Positions 12,865 through 25,334 of a DNA stretch of 64,000 nucleotides are shown piece after piece. Positions within the stretch are counted from its first letter, which is position 1, and every line of letters starts with the position of its first letter. The translations under genes were made by a program, and so were the position numbers. Source of the DNA: Octopus vulgaris. Taxonomy: Eukaryota. The DNA is taken from positions 19,034,001-19,098,000 of the forward strand of contig OX597821.1 in NCBI GenBank assembly GCA_951406725.2, in the 5' to 3' direction. The notes under the pieces were generated by a model. It did not search any database. It worked only from the letters and a program-made list of their open reading frames with translations, and was not told the DNA's origin.

Positions 12865-13204
12865 GAAGAAGCATGGCTCAGTGATTAGAGCGTCCGGCTC
12901 ATAATCATGAGGTAGTGAGTTATATTCCCGGACCACATTGTGTTGTGTTCTTGAGCAAGACACTTTATTTCATGTTGTTCCAGTTCACTCAGCTATAGAA
13001 ATGCATTGCGGCGTCACTGCTGATGCTAAGTTGCATCGTCTTTTACCATTTCCTAGGACAACATCGGTGGCGTGGAGAGGAGAGCCTGGTATGCATGGGC
13101 GACAGCTTGTCTTCCATAAACATGCGTGCTCGGACTTGTGCCACGGAGGAGAACCTTCTAGGTGCAATCCTATAGTCATTCATGACTAAAGGGGATCTTT
13201 ACGC
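12865..13204 (+). mobile_element. tRNA-derived SINE family C
   Basis: GCATGGCTCAGTGATTAGAGCG head, GTGTTCTTGAGCAAGACACTTT core; flanking TAAGAAGTAA(TA/AG)TACT TSD at 12849-12864 and 13205-13220. Confidence 0.8.
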
Positions 13205-14269
13205 TAAGAAGTAAAGTACTATTGTGGAGTGCACGCATATTCTAATAAGGCTTACTGTTGCAGATGAACTAATATTATTGTAAGTGCGACTACAAACCGG
13301 GCTGCCTTTTCTCGTTAACGTGAACTATGTCAGCCATAATAAACAGGTCACATTAGGAACAATCTCACAGTAAAGGTTTAATATATAGTATGAGAATACT
13401 GATGGAGGGGAGTAGAGCAGAAATTGGGAGAGCGTCAGTGAGAACGCGAGATAAAAGTAAACAGAGGGACAAGGAGAGAAATAGAGGGAGAAATGGAAAA
13501 AGAGTGATGGGTAGAAACTTCTGTTTAAGTATTCAAAAGAAGGAAATCACAAATCCATATTTTGTCACGAATTCCATCAGAATACATTTCCCTTTATTTT
13601 TCCAATTGCTGCGAAATTTTACTCTTCACGTGTTTTTGTGTTTTTTTTGTGAAACTTCCGTTCCTCGGACATTGTATATAACTTCCGTTACTTAAACCTT
13701 TTGTGTAACTTCCGTGATTTAACCCTGTACCATTTCAACCAGTACAGGCGTATCCTTCATTTAACGGACTATTTATTCAGTCTTCAACCATAGCATTACC
13801 AACATTGCGTTTCTCTATTGACACGTACATATTAATTTCTTTCTACACAATTCCATTTTGCCAATAATTTAGCATTTTTCATACACACACATACAGAGAA
13901 GGAACATTACGAGCCATACATGCACACAGGAATAATCACACATTATCGCACAGGCACATATATTACATACTCCCATTCGATACACCATCGAACAGAGCAT
14001 ATATTTAGGACAATAGTCTGTACTATTTTAATAAGTATTGCCCTACAAGCTCATGTAGCTTCTCTATTAAAATTAACATTACTCCTCTGCATATGCTTAC
14101 TCTTTACTTTCTTTTACATCCTAATGCATTAAGGAATTCAATGTTATTAACAGTAACCAAAGAGCACTAGATACTAATTTCCTTCCCATTCTATCCTTCA
14201 CTTCTGTGTCTGCCCTTCCAGTTACATCACTAACACTATATAAATTGAACATTTGATATTTTTCCGTTC

Positions 14270-15146
14270 TGCTTCATACATAACGTTCCAAAAACGCAAA
14301 GAGAACGACATTGGGGGAAAAGGGACAAAACTAAGGAGCCGTGTAAACGTGCACAAATAGCAAATTAAAGAATCCTTCTCTTAGAAATGTTCCATGAGTA
14401 AACATCTAGACAATTGCAGAAAGGGAAAATTGAAAATATTGCCCCTTTACAAAATAAAAGATAAAAATAAACACCTACAAAATGAAAAAGAATACTTTAT
14501 AAGAATTCTAAATACGAAACTAAACTGGAAAAAGTCAGCACCTTTACTACAAACAACTTCCTCTATACGCATGAGCCAAGAACACTTATGTCTGCAAAGT
14601 TGAACGACGAAAGCACTTACACACAAAATACATACTATACGCAAACGTCTTCCACAAAGTTTGGATACATTCTGTTACAGAAATGTGACGATAACATATA
14701 GCAAAGTTTATATGTGACTTTTCTTGAAATAGTAAAGAAAAATTATAAAATTTCTTTCTGCTTTGAAGTTGGATGCTACTGTAGTTTGTAGCCCCAGGAA
14801 GACACCTCCTCCCGCTGGCTATAGACACACTATCTGTGTCCTACCGCTACTGTTTATAACTCGCTCTGAGATTTATCATTGTTTGATTTCACTTTTTCAA
14901 TATCAGTGTCATATCGACACTGGAAAAAGTATATGTATTTGTGAAGGAATCTGACTTCTCGTCGACAACCATGATTGTCACACGCTGATGAAAGGTAAAC
15001 ACCTTGAAACTAGGGTACGTGTGTATCATGTGTTGAAGACGGGGAGGATGACTTCCCCTTCACAAATACTGACAGGACACAGATAGTGTGTCTATAGCCA
15101 GCGGGAGGAGGTGTCTTCCTGGGGCTACAAACTACAGTAGCATCCA
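14270..15146 (+). mobile_element. Penelope-like element 3' remnant: GIY-YIG endonuclease, pseudo-LTR and inverted terminal segment
   Basis: YITFQKRKENDIGGKGTKLRSRVNVHK*QIK..SMSKHLDNCRKGKLKILPLYKI..EKEYFIRILNTKLN; 14770-14842 inverted at 15074-15146; hammerhead at 14970-15030. Confidence 0.85.
14970..15030 (+). ncRNA. Type I minimal hammerhead ribozyme
   Basis: CACACG-CTGATGA-AAGGT-aaac-ACCTT-GAAAC-tagg-GTA-CGTGTG; helix I extends CATGAT/ATCATG. Confidence 0.9.
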
Positions 15147-15202
15147 CCCTTTTGGGTTAGCCATATTCAAATGGCATATATGCATCACGTATATATATAT
15201 AT

Positions 15203-15257
<55 letters not shown>

Positions 15258-15607
15258 TATGTGTTAGAAGACTGAATCTTTATTAAAATATTTCGGATAA
15301 ACAAGAGTTCATGGAAAAATTAAACCAAATTGCATTGTAGAGAGTATATTATTTTCAGCCAGATTGGAGTGATTTGCAAGAAGAATTTTGTTAAAGCTTC
15401 TTCTGAAATACGCTACAAGTTTTTTAAATGGTTTATACCATTAGATTTGGGTAGATAAGAACTATAATTGTTTGAAAAAACATTATACACGTCACCATGA
15501 AAGAATTTGGGGAATTAAAAAAGAAGACAAAAAAGAATTTTTGTTACACGCACGAGAACAAGCGCACAAATCTGATGAGAATAAGAACAACCATATTACA
15601 AAATATA

Positions 15608-15839
15608 TATTTCTTTATTACCCACAAGGGGCTAAACACAGAGGGGACAAACAAGGACAGACAAAGGGATTAAGTCGATTACATCGACCCCAGTGCGTAA
15701 CTGGTACTTAATTTATCGACCCCGAAAGGATGAAAGGCAAAGTCGACCTCGGCGGAATTTGAACTCGGAACGCAACGACAGACGAAATACGGCTACGAAT
15801 TTCGCCCGGCGTGCTAACGTTTCTGCCAGCTCGCCGCCT
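15608..15839 (-). mobile_element. SINE family A, full length
   Basis: Reverse complement of the 8190 and 25879 copies. Confidence 0.92.
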
Positions 15840-16217
15840 TCTGCTTCTTTACAATACGATGTGAGTTACAGGTTGATTGGTTCTTATTTGTAGCATATTG
15901 TGGGACGGCTTATAGTAATATTGATGTGGGACGGCTTATAGTAATATTGATGTGAATGAAATATGAAAGCCACAAAGTATTACAGGTACAGTGTAAGGCA
16001 AGGGCAGAAGATGGTGTACAAAAGCAGAGTAGGGATTTGAACTTATTGATTGACGTTATTCATTGACCTCTGAAAGCTGAACGTTGGTCTTAGACTGTCT
16101 GTTGACGTCAGACATTGTAGAATACCAAAATGGACAGACACGAAGCCGTCCCACAATATGCTACAAATAAAAACCAAGCAACCTGTAACTCACATCGTAT
16201 TGTAAAGATGCAGAAGG
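15837..16217. repeat. 75-bp inverted repeat pair enclosing a 26-bp tandem duplication
   Basis: 15837-15911 vs 16143-16217; TGTGGGACGGCTTATAGTAATATTGA twice at 15899-15950. Confidence 0.85.
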
Positions 16218-17038
16218 TACATATTGACAATGCAGCCCTTGACGTACCTTATATGAATAAAGATCTGATTTTATGCCTTTCTTCAGAGGTCAGAATCATC
16301 TGAGACGCCCCGAGGCCAAAAGGCAACAGCAGATGATGTAATTACGAAGCAACAGTGGTGGCTTACATTCCTAGAAATCGAACAGAAGTATCCTACAAAT
16401 CACACCATTCTGCTTGAAAGACGGAAAAACATATTCGATCATGTAGTTTATTTCATCTACATCTTTAAATTAATCAGTATATTCATACCAGGAATATGTT
16501 TTATATTAATCTGCCCTGAATAATCAGTGTCGTGCAAGGACAAAACTTAAACATTTTCAGATGCGTAAAACTATCTGTAAGACGAAAATATGAGCATTAA
16601 AATGTATCCCGTTCTGAAAAACTAACATTTGAAACATGCAAATACTGCTATGATGATTACTGTGATTCAAGAAACTTTAAATATTAGGAAAACGTAAAAT
16701 TATAGCCAGGAAAAAAAAACTGTCATTCTCGAAATTTCAAACGTTTGATAGTCTTTAATACAACCATGAAAATAATTACTGTTATTCTAGGAACTTTGAA
16801 TGTTCGATATTGGACTATAAAAATTGCAATTAATCTAGAAATTTTAAACATTTAAAACAGGTACATATTCTGAGGAAAATTCTAGTAACTTTAAATATTA
16901 CATACCTCTTAATACGATAATGAAAATTACTCTTATTCTAGAATCATTCAGGTAAATATACATTCTTGTTTTCTTGGTTTGTTATCGGGTGCTAAAGCAG
17001 CCGATTTGGTAAAAACATCGATTCCACCACTTCGATAT

Positions 17039-17286
17039 TTCTTCTTCTTCTTCTTCTTCTTCTTCTTCTTCTTCTTCTTCTTCTTCTTCTTCTTCTTCTT
17101 CTTCTTCTTCTTCTTCTTCTTCTTCTTCTTCTTCTTCTTCTTCTTCTTCTTCTTCTTCTTCTTCTTCTTCTCTTCTTCTTCTTCTTCTTCTTCTTCTTCT
17201 TCTTCTTCTTCTTCTTCTTCTTCTTCTTCTTCTTCTTCTTCTCTTCTTCTTCTTCTTCTTCTTCTTCTTCTTCTTCTTCTTCTTCT
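17039..17286. repeat. (CTT)n microsatellite, ~250 bp, with two phase slips
   Basis: Directly visible. Confidence 0.98.
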
Positions 17287-17302
17287 CATTATATAACTTA
17301 AA

Positions 17303-17720
17303 AAGGTAGCGAGCTGGCAAAATTGTTAGCATGCTGGATGAAATGCTTAGCGGTAATTTTCCCGTCACTACGTTATGTGTTCAAATTCCCGAGGAAGTCT
17401 TTGCATTTACTTCCTAGGTGTCGATAAACTAAGTACCAGTGAAACTGTAGGGTCGGTGTAATCGATTTGTTCCTTCCCACCAAATTTCCGGCCTTGTACC
17501 TTTAGTAGTAAAGATTATTTAACTTATAACGCCCGATAAAATGCTTAGAGACATTTTGTCCGGTTTTACGTTGTGAGCTCAAATTCGATCGAGGCCGATT
17601 TTGCCTTTCACCATTTAGGGATCAATAAGATAAGTAACAAGTCAAATACTAGGATTGATATAATTAACATCTCGCTCCCACGAAAAACTGGTGGCCGTAT
17701 GCCAAAATTTGAAAATGTTC
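17303..17720 (+). mobile_element. Two diverged tandem SINE family A-related fragments
   Basis: GCGAGCTGGCAAAATTGTTAGC..GTTCAAATTCC..GTCGATAAACTAAGTACCAG; second partial copy from ~17532. Confidence 0.75.
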
Positions 17721-18700
17721 GACACTGGTTAAGCAAACCTATAATCTCATGTTTTCCAGCCACGAGCATTTTATGCCAGAAAGTACATTGTCTAATATTT
17801 CATCTCATTATACTACATTCTATTCATTGATGCAGAGACATGGGTGCAGCTGTTATATGAAATAAATAAAACAAATATTCAAAGATTCCTTAAATGGCTT
17901 AGTTACATTGACGTATGGCAATATATTAAATCAATTTTTGAAAATGACTTCGCAAGGCTATGATAAATCTTTAATCACTTGTTAACCTTAGAATTCTGAA
18001 ACCTTTTACACTTTTAGAAACAAAGAACAATCAATTAATATTATGGAAATATTAATATAATTTTAGATTTTCACTGAATTCTAGTATTCTTTCATTGTGT
18101 CAATAGTGTCACTCCAAGTAGATACGAATGTAAATATATCAAACGTGTTTCTATTAAGCAATACCATCAGATAGGGATATATATATGTATGCAAACGCAT
18201 ACATTGCATGCCTTCATTTCTAGGATAAATAAATGTTTGTTAAATGTAAAATTAATTATTGATTATAGAATTAATTATTGATAATTTTAACTTTCCTTAA
18301 TTTTCTCGTGAATTATTGTTTCATTTGCCACTGGGTAGTGGTCGCATGAATGAATTCTGATTTATGACCTCTGAATAGACACAGCATGCAGAAAAAACAT
18401 TTGCTTCTGACTCTACAAGAGAACGCTAGCCGTTAATAAAAGAGGTTGCATTATAGGACCGCTAAAGAAAGCAAATATACTTCCCAGCCTTTTGGGAAAT
18501 CAAAAGATAGACAACCTGCCTGCTGTTTTCTAGGGAGTGAAAACAACAAAAAACAAAAGTAGGTCAAAACATAGCGAGTAAAGCAATTCTTTTTCCTGCT
18601 TACTTTCTTAACTGCTTGCTCAAGGGTCAAAAGACACAACACTACCTCGTGAAATTTGGTCACTACCCTGAATTCATTTGTAGTGCAAAGGATCTAGCAG

Positions 18701-18854
18701 CAAATTTGATCTTGTGTGGTTAAAAGGTAAAGTTAAAAGGCAAATTTGATTTTGTGTGGTTAAAAGGTAAAGTTAAAAGGCAAATTTGATTTTGTGTGGT
18801 TAAAAGGTAAAGTTAAAAGGCAAATTTGATTTTGTGTGGTTAAAAGGTAAAGTT
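18701..18854. repeat. 40-bp minisatellite, ~3.8 copies
   Basis: CAAATTTGATTTTGTGTGGTTAAAAGGTAAAGTTAAAAGG at 18701, 18741, 18781, 18821. Confidence 0.95.
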
Positions 18855-19172
18855 TTTCAATGTTTTAAATCTTAATTCTAAATATTTAAAATTGTTTTAC
18901 AGAAATTCACATAAAGTAAACTAGAGCTTAATTTTAGTTCGACTCACTGCTAGATTTTTATTGATACATCAAAAGCAAAATTAAGACAGTAACATTTTTC
19001 AAGTTTTCATTTACCCACAAAATGAGAAAAGAGTTAGTTAACTCAGTTTCCTCTCTACTTTCGCGACCATTTGCAACAAGAAGCTTCGAAGTGAAAAGAA
19101 TATTATTTTTCTTGGATTCAAAATCAAAATTAAAGCGGGTAGCAAGGAATGTCATCGTTATTTTGATTCAAA

Positions 19173-20345
19173 GGATCTTTTCAGTTTGAAGGCCAGATTT
19201 TCTTAGTTAACTAAACAATTTGAAACTTCGTATACTGGTAGAATGTGTCAAAAGAAAACATAATTGTAACCCAAAATGAAAACGGAATTGTAATTTCTAA
19301 GTTTAACGTTGTTTAATAATTCGAATTTTAACCAATGGTATTCTTTCTTTCGACCTCATATTATTTACTGCCTCTCAAAATATTGTTACTGTGACGTAAA
19401 CAGCTATTCTGTGACGTAGTTAACGTAAACATGTAAACATACCTACAGATTCGTTTGTAACGTAAACATCCGCTCATCGTAAATAGCTAAATTCGCTTGG
19501 CATCGTACACAGCTTTTTCAGTTCCCTAGAATTATATTTCAAAGAAAATAAAAAGAAAAAGATTCATACGCATCCATCCTTAGACATCAGAAAATGAGTG
19601 TTTAAATTATTTTCCATTGTTTGCATTGCTTACACGCACACACATACATACATACACACATACTAAAATTACATCGTTGGAGCAGTAATTTATTTATGTA
19701 TTTTTTGTTATACAATTTATTTTAAAGCTGAATCCCTATCCTGCCATTAACCCCTTTCTTATAAAATAGTTGAAGAATCTGGGGTGTAGGTATTGGGCCA
19801 GTATTGGAACTTTTAACTTCTTGCTCTCTATCTTATGATCTCCGAAATTTAAGAATCTTGTGTTAACTCGGCTCTTATTATTTACTCTGACTCTGCCACC
19901 ACCTCAATGCAAAGACTATCAATATCAGAATCATCTTCACAACCACCACTACAACCATTACTACAACCTCGAATGCCACCACCACAACCATCTTCTGCAA
20001 CCACAAACCCAAGATCAATACCAGCATCATATTCAAAATCACCAATTTCACCACCACTACACTCTGCAATGTCTTCAACTCTACCATCCATGAGACATCC
20101 TAACATAATCAATGCTACTACTACTATCATCATCATTATCATTATCATCCACTGCCGCCACCACCACCACCACCACCTCTACAAAAACACCAACACTATA
20201 ATTTCTGCCATCATACACATCCACTGTCACCACTACACCACCACTGCCATGATAACCACATCTACCACCTCCAACACCATTGCCACCACTATCTATGAGA
20301 CATCCTAAGTTAGAAACTACTTTCACTTTCTAGTTGCTCTTTGAG
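19173..20345 (+). repeat. Composite repeat with related copies at 56400-57330 and 63486-63987
   Basis: 19173-19345 matches 57146-57325; 19261-19438 matches 56968-57142 inverted; 19685-20343 matches 63487-63987; 20080-20270 matches 56400-56577 inverted. Confidence 0.85.
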
Positions 20346-20349
20346 TTTA

Positions 20350-20746
20350 TCCTTATATATAAAAGAGAGGTTGTGTGTCTGTCTCCTTCGATTTAGATTC
20401 CTAACTACTCCCACATTTTGCGGTGCAGTTTAACCAAAACCGGGTATCTTATAGTCGTGATTCATATCGAGCCCTTCTGGGTATTAGCGCGCGTCTACGA
20501 TGAGTCTACGATTAAAAAAAAAATTACCATCATTTTTTTCCATTTTAATGCATTTTTTCGATATTATATAAGGGAAGTAACTCTCTAAAAATGTCTACGA
20601 TGAGTCAACGATTTAAAAAAAATTTACCATCATTTTTTTCCATTTTTAATGCATTTTTTTTTGCTATTTTTTGGCTATAACTCTCTAAAAATGCTTATAT
20701 AGTTATTTCCCTTACAAACCCGAGCAACGCCGGGCGATACTGCTAG
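20350..20746 (+). mobile_element. Non-autonomous Helitron H1
   Basis: TC...hairpin...CTAG|T, internal sub-repeat. Confidence 0.92.
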
Positions 20747-21828
20747 TTATATCTAATCTATCTCTCTAAAAGATGCAAAGCAAGTAGCATTGAATGGTGA
20801 ATGGATGTGAGCAGAAAGGGAGTAAGTTCCATTCCAGTTTACAACAATTATAGAATTATTCTCAAACCATAAATGAAGGGTGGAGAGGAGTGAAGGAGGA
20901 GTCATGTTTCCTCTGAGGGGTTACAGAAGTAATAAGCACTGAAAAGTGGAGTTTGCGTTATTATTTTTGTTTCATAGTTTACAATTATTTCTACAAATTC
21001 ATTTTGACTAATCTTCAATCATGTTTATAAACGTGACCGCTGTGCCGTCCACTATAAACATTGATTAATGTCCTATATTTAAGCGATAGACAAACACTTC
21101 AGCATATTATTTTTTGTAGAGAGTTGCGAGGGATCATTTCTATGAACGGGATATCTGTACAACGGATATGACTACATCATTAATTGTGGAGTCGTTTAAA
21201 AACACGATGCAAGATTAAGTCAACATGGAATTTTTGAAACAATCATAAATTGTTCTATATTTTAGAGATGAGGAATTCTGTACAATATTTACATTGGACG
21301 GATATTTGTCCTCATCTTGTTTGTTGCTACCACAAAATTTCGGCTTCATCAGGTGTCCTGGTAGAATTTTGAATCCAACCCTAGGTTCTAAGGTGCCACG
21401 CAGTGTGAATGAACCCGAAACTATGTGGCTGGTATGGCCGGTCAGGGAGTCACCTTTGCTTTCGCGCCTTTTACGTTCTTAGCCGTGGGAGACGTCTATA
21501 TTGCTAAGAGTATAAAAAGTGTGAAACCAATGGTAACGTCCTGACTGGTCGTAAACCACAACTACATTAGATATTACTACGATATATCTAAAAAAAACAT
21601 TTACTTGTCTCAGTCATTCGACATATTCTATCGGTTAATTTCGTCGAACTTCTAAGTTGCGGGGATGGAAAGGAAGTCAACAAGCGGTTGTCTGGGACAA
21701 GCACGAAGCTAGCCCCCTCCGGCCCACAAACACGTATATACGACGGGCTTTTTTCAGTTTCCATCGTCCAAATCTATTTGACCTAGTGACCAGGCAGCAA
21801 ACTTCTTGTCACACAGTCACTCCTACGC

Positions 21829-21887
<59 letters not shown>

Positions 21888-22067
21888 CACGTCCCCGTAG
21901 CTTAGCGTTTTGGAAAAAGAAACCGATAGAATAAGTGCTAGGGTTCCAAAGAGTAAGTCCTGGGGTCGATTTCTATAACTTAAAAACCTTCAAACTCTGC
22001 TTGTTGTTCTTTCACCTGTCTTCGTCGTTTGTTTTCTGTAAATTTGAACTACACACACACACGCGCG

Positions 22068-22119
<52 letters not shown>

Positions 22120-22554
22120 CACATATATATATAGGTAAAAGATTAATGAGTGCGTGCGTTACATAAATAATATCTTCAGGATTAAATAAAAAGACAACAA
22201 ACGGAAAATATGACATATCTATATATATATAATTAAAAATAAACGTATTGTAAATAAACAAACGAACACATACTAAATGCACAGGCGAACAGGAAACACA
22301 CAAGGTCACAAATTCTTCATCAGTTATGAGCAAGAGGAGTCAAACGCAATTTCGGGCATTATCGATACTATTGTTTCTTTCGCTGTTCGCAAAAAAGTTC
22401 GTATTCCATATTTTCGTATTTCGTATTTCCTGTTGTTTACCTTCTGTGACGTCCTGAACCCATATATGCATATGTATATACATATATATGTAGGTATATA
22501 CATACACACATACATACATACATACATACATACATACATACATACATACATACA

Positions 22555-22651
<97 letters not shown>

Positions 22652-22874
22652 TTATCTATAAACATTACAATTGTTTCGACACATTTTTACACTTGTTCAT
22701 TGGTGAGATGTTGTGTAATCATTATCACCAATTCAAGGTGTGAAATGCACCTTCTTTGAGTAAGACTTTATACGAGCTTTATATAGCATACCACAAGGGT
22801 TTTACCCGTATATTTACTCGCGTATGTGCGTATATGTATAAAAACGGAGCAAGAGTACACACGAAGACAGAAAG

Positions 22875-22918
22875 TGTCGCTGAAGAGTTCACAGAGGTGT
22901 GACGAAAGATTTCCGGAC
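22875..22918 (+). ncRNA. Candidate hammerhead ribozyme, partly decayed
   Basis: gtcg-CTGAAGA-GTTCAC-agaggt-GTGAC-GAAA-gatt-TC-cggac. Confidence 0.55.
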
Positions 22919-23174
22919 GATAAACATAAATTAGAATAAGAACAGTAAAAATTAAGTGAAAAGGGAATTATATAGTGCGCCTGTTTATTTGGCAAAAAGA
23001 GGGAAAAAAATAACTATCTCGAAATACAACAATATCTGTTTCAACACACGGTTTCACATCAAGAATCTTGCAGCACACATATATAAAAGGATATATTTAC
23101 AGAAAACAACAAAAGACGAAGACAGGTGCAGGAATAACAAGCAGGTGCATTAGTTTGACTGAATATATATAGAG

Positions 23175-23475
23175 AATACCAAACGAGTTCCCTATGGATA
23201 CCGTATTTATTACAACGAGTGGCTTGTAAACGAGTTGTAATAAATACGGTATCCATAGGGAATGAGTTTGGTATTTTATTTATTACACACGAATAAACGA
23301 CCATATTTTATTAACCCAATAACTAAATTCTTCACGTTTAGTTGTAACTTATGAATGACAAAAGTAGTGCCGTCATCGTGACGTCGCGTCATCACCATGG
23401 ATTGACCAATCAGAAGCAGCGCTGTCACCGTGACCTCGGGTCATCACCATGGATTGACCAATCAGAAGCAGCGCT
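23175..23475. repeat. 42-bp-arm palindrome plus 2-copy ~52-bp CCAATCAGAA-containing tandem; non-autonomous DNA-element-like
   Basis: 23175-23216 inverted at 23234-23275; GTCATCACCATGGATTGACCAATCAGAAGCAGCGCT occurs twice. Confidence 0.75.
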
Positions 23476-23605
23476 CGCAGTATCTGACATATGTTAGATA
23501 CCAAAAATATCTCAAAGTGTTCTCACTCACATGTGTGTAATAAATATATATATATATATATTTAGTGTAGGAAGAAACGAAGATTTAACAAAATTCCTTT
23601 TTATT

Positions 23606-23691
23606 ATTTTCTACATATGTTTCAAAGGCTGCAAAGTCCCTAATTCGGATTGAATAAGGAGTCCATTTTGCAGCCTTCTCTTCAGGAAAAT
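23606..23691 (-). ncRNA. Type I hammerhead ribozyme with long helix II
   Basis: Minus: ATTTTC-CTGAAGA-GAAGGCTGCAAA-(31 nt)-TTTGCAGCCTTT-GAAAC-ATAT-GTA-GAAAAT. Confidence 0.88.
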
Positions 23692-24088
23692 CCAGGAACT
23701 TAATTCTCCAACAAAATGCACAGCAGGCTTTTCACAAACGCTCACGAGGAGCCCATGGAATAAATGGCACAAACTGTCTATCTATATGCGTTGACGCCAG
23801 GCTGGGTGAAAGCAGACGAGAATGTCCGTTAAGATAGTTCAAGGTCAGAATCCGGTTAGGAGAAGGGGGGTACAGGAAAATCAAAGAGTATGAATGTATT
23901 CTGTATGACTGGTGTTTATATTTGAATTATTTTAAGAATAAGTGCTAGAGTGTTTGAGTGTGAGAAATTGCTTTCATGTATGTGTGTGTGCGTCTATGTA
24001 TGTGTGGCAGTGTGTTTCGAAGGCAGCAAGAGAGAGATATATAGCAGGTATTAATGGTCAAGCAACAGAAAAGACTGTATATATATAT

Positions 24089-24267
24089 ATAAAATTAGAA
24101 AAAAAACACCTTTTATCAATTCATGATATATACGATTTATTTATTATTTTGCACATTACTTAATCATCGGTATATTATTATTTTATATTTAATATTTCTA
24201 TTATATGTAATTTTCTAGATGGTGTAATTTAATTGTTCATTTTGAATTGATAAAAGGTGTTTTTTTC

Positions 24268-24276
<9 letters not shown>
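24089..24276. repeat. ~35-bp inverted repeat pair
   Basis: ATAAAATTAGAAAAAAAACACCTTTTATCAATTCA and its reverse complement at 24243-24276. Confidence 0.8.
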
Positions 24277-24322
<46 letters not shown>

Positions 24323-24388
24323 CGTGAAATTTGAATTAGTATTTCTAAATTGAATTTTTCCCTGTAAGTTATGTATAATATTCCCTCA

Positions 24389-24496
<108 letters not shown>

Positions 24497-24541
24497 TTTA
24501 TATATATGTATATATATATATATATATATACACACTTTATA

Positions 24542-24580
<39 letters not shown>

Positions 24581-24588
24581 TGAATATA

Positions 24589-24720
<132 letters not shown>

Positions 24721-24762
24721 TGTATATATATGTGTATGTGTGTGTATATATATATATATATA

Positions 24763-25160
24763 TCTTTATATATAAAAGTGAAGTTGTGTGTCTGTCTCCT
24801 ACGATTTAGATTCCTAACTACTCCCTCATTTTGCGGTGCAGTGTAACCAAAAGCGGGTATCTTATAGTCGTGATTCATATCGAGCCCTTCTGTGTATTAG
24901 CGCACGTCTACGATGAGTTTACGATTAAAAAAAAAAAATTACCATAATTTTTTCCGCATTTTTAATGCATCTTCGCTCGGTTTATTTAAGGGAAGTAACT
25001 CTCTAAAAATGTATTATTAAATCTCAGAATGTAAAAAGCTACAGTAACACTCCCCCTTTGTGGTTAGCCATATTGAGATGGCTATTATACTTTACATCTC
25101 TAAAAATGCTTATATAGTTATTTCCCTTACAAACCCGAGCAACGCCGGGCGACACTGCTA

Positions 25161-25161
<1 letters not shown>
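24763..25161 (+). mobile_element. Non-autonomous Helitron H1 variant
   Basis: Same termini as 20350 copy, alternative internal segment 25010-25095. Confidence 0.9.
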
Positions 25162-25203
<42 letters not shown>

Positions 25204-25204
<1 letters not shown>

Positions 25205-25334
25205 TCTTTTATTCTTTTATTTGTTACAGTCATTTGACTTTCGCCATGCTGGAGCACTGCCTTTAGTCGAGCAAATCGACTCTAGGGATTATTCTTTGTA
25301 AGCCTAGTACTTATTCTATCGGTCTGTTTTTGCC
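25204..25334 (-). mobile_element. SINE family B 3' fragment (other fragments ~21390-21970, 26130-26260, 26435-26690, 56205-56295)
   Basis: GCCATGCTGGAGCAC..TTTAGTCGAGCAAATCGAC..AGTACTTATTCTATCGG. Confidence 0.8.

Noticed and set aside
18451-19155. Minus-strand short ORFs as first exons
   Set aside because: One good acceptor but no consistent frame and donor pair
19860-20326. His/Pro/Thr-rich protein exon
   Set aside because: Low-complexity repeat found three times in the window with frame-breaking differences
22316-22355. Hammerhead from minus-strand GAAA and CTGATGA
   Set aside because: No convincing helix I or II pairing
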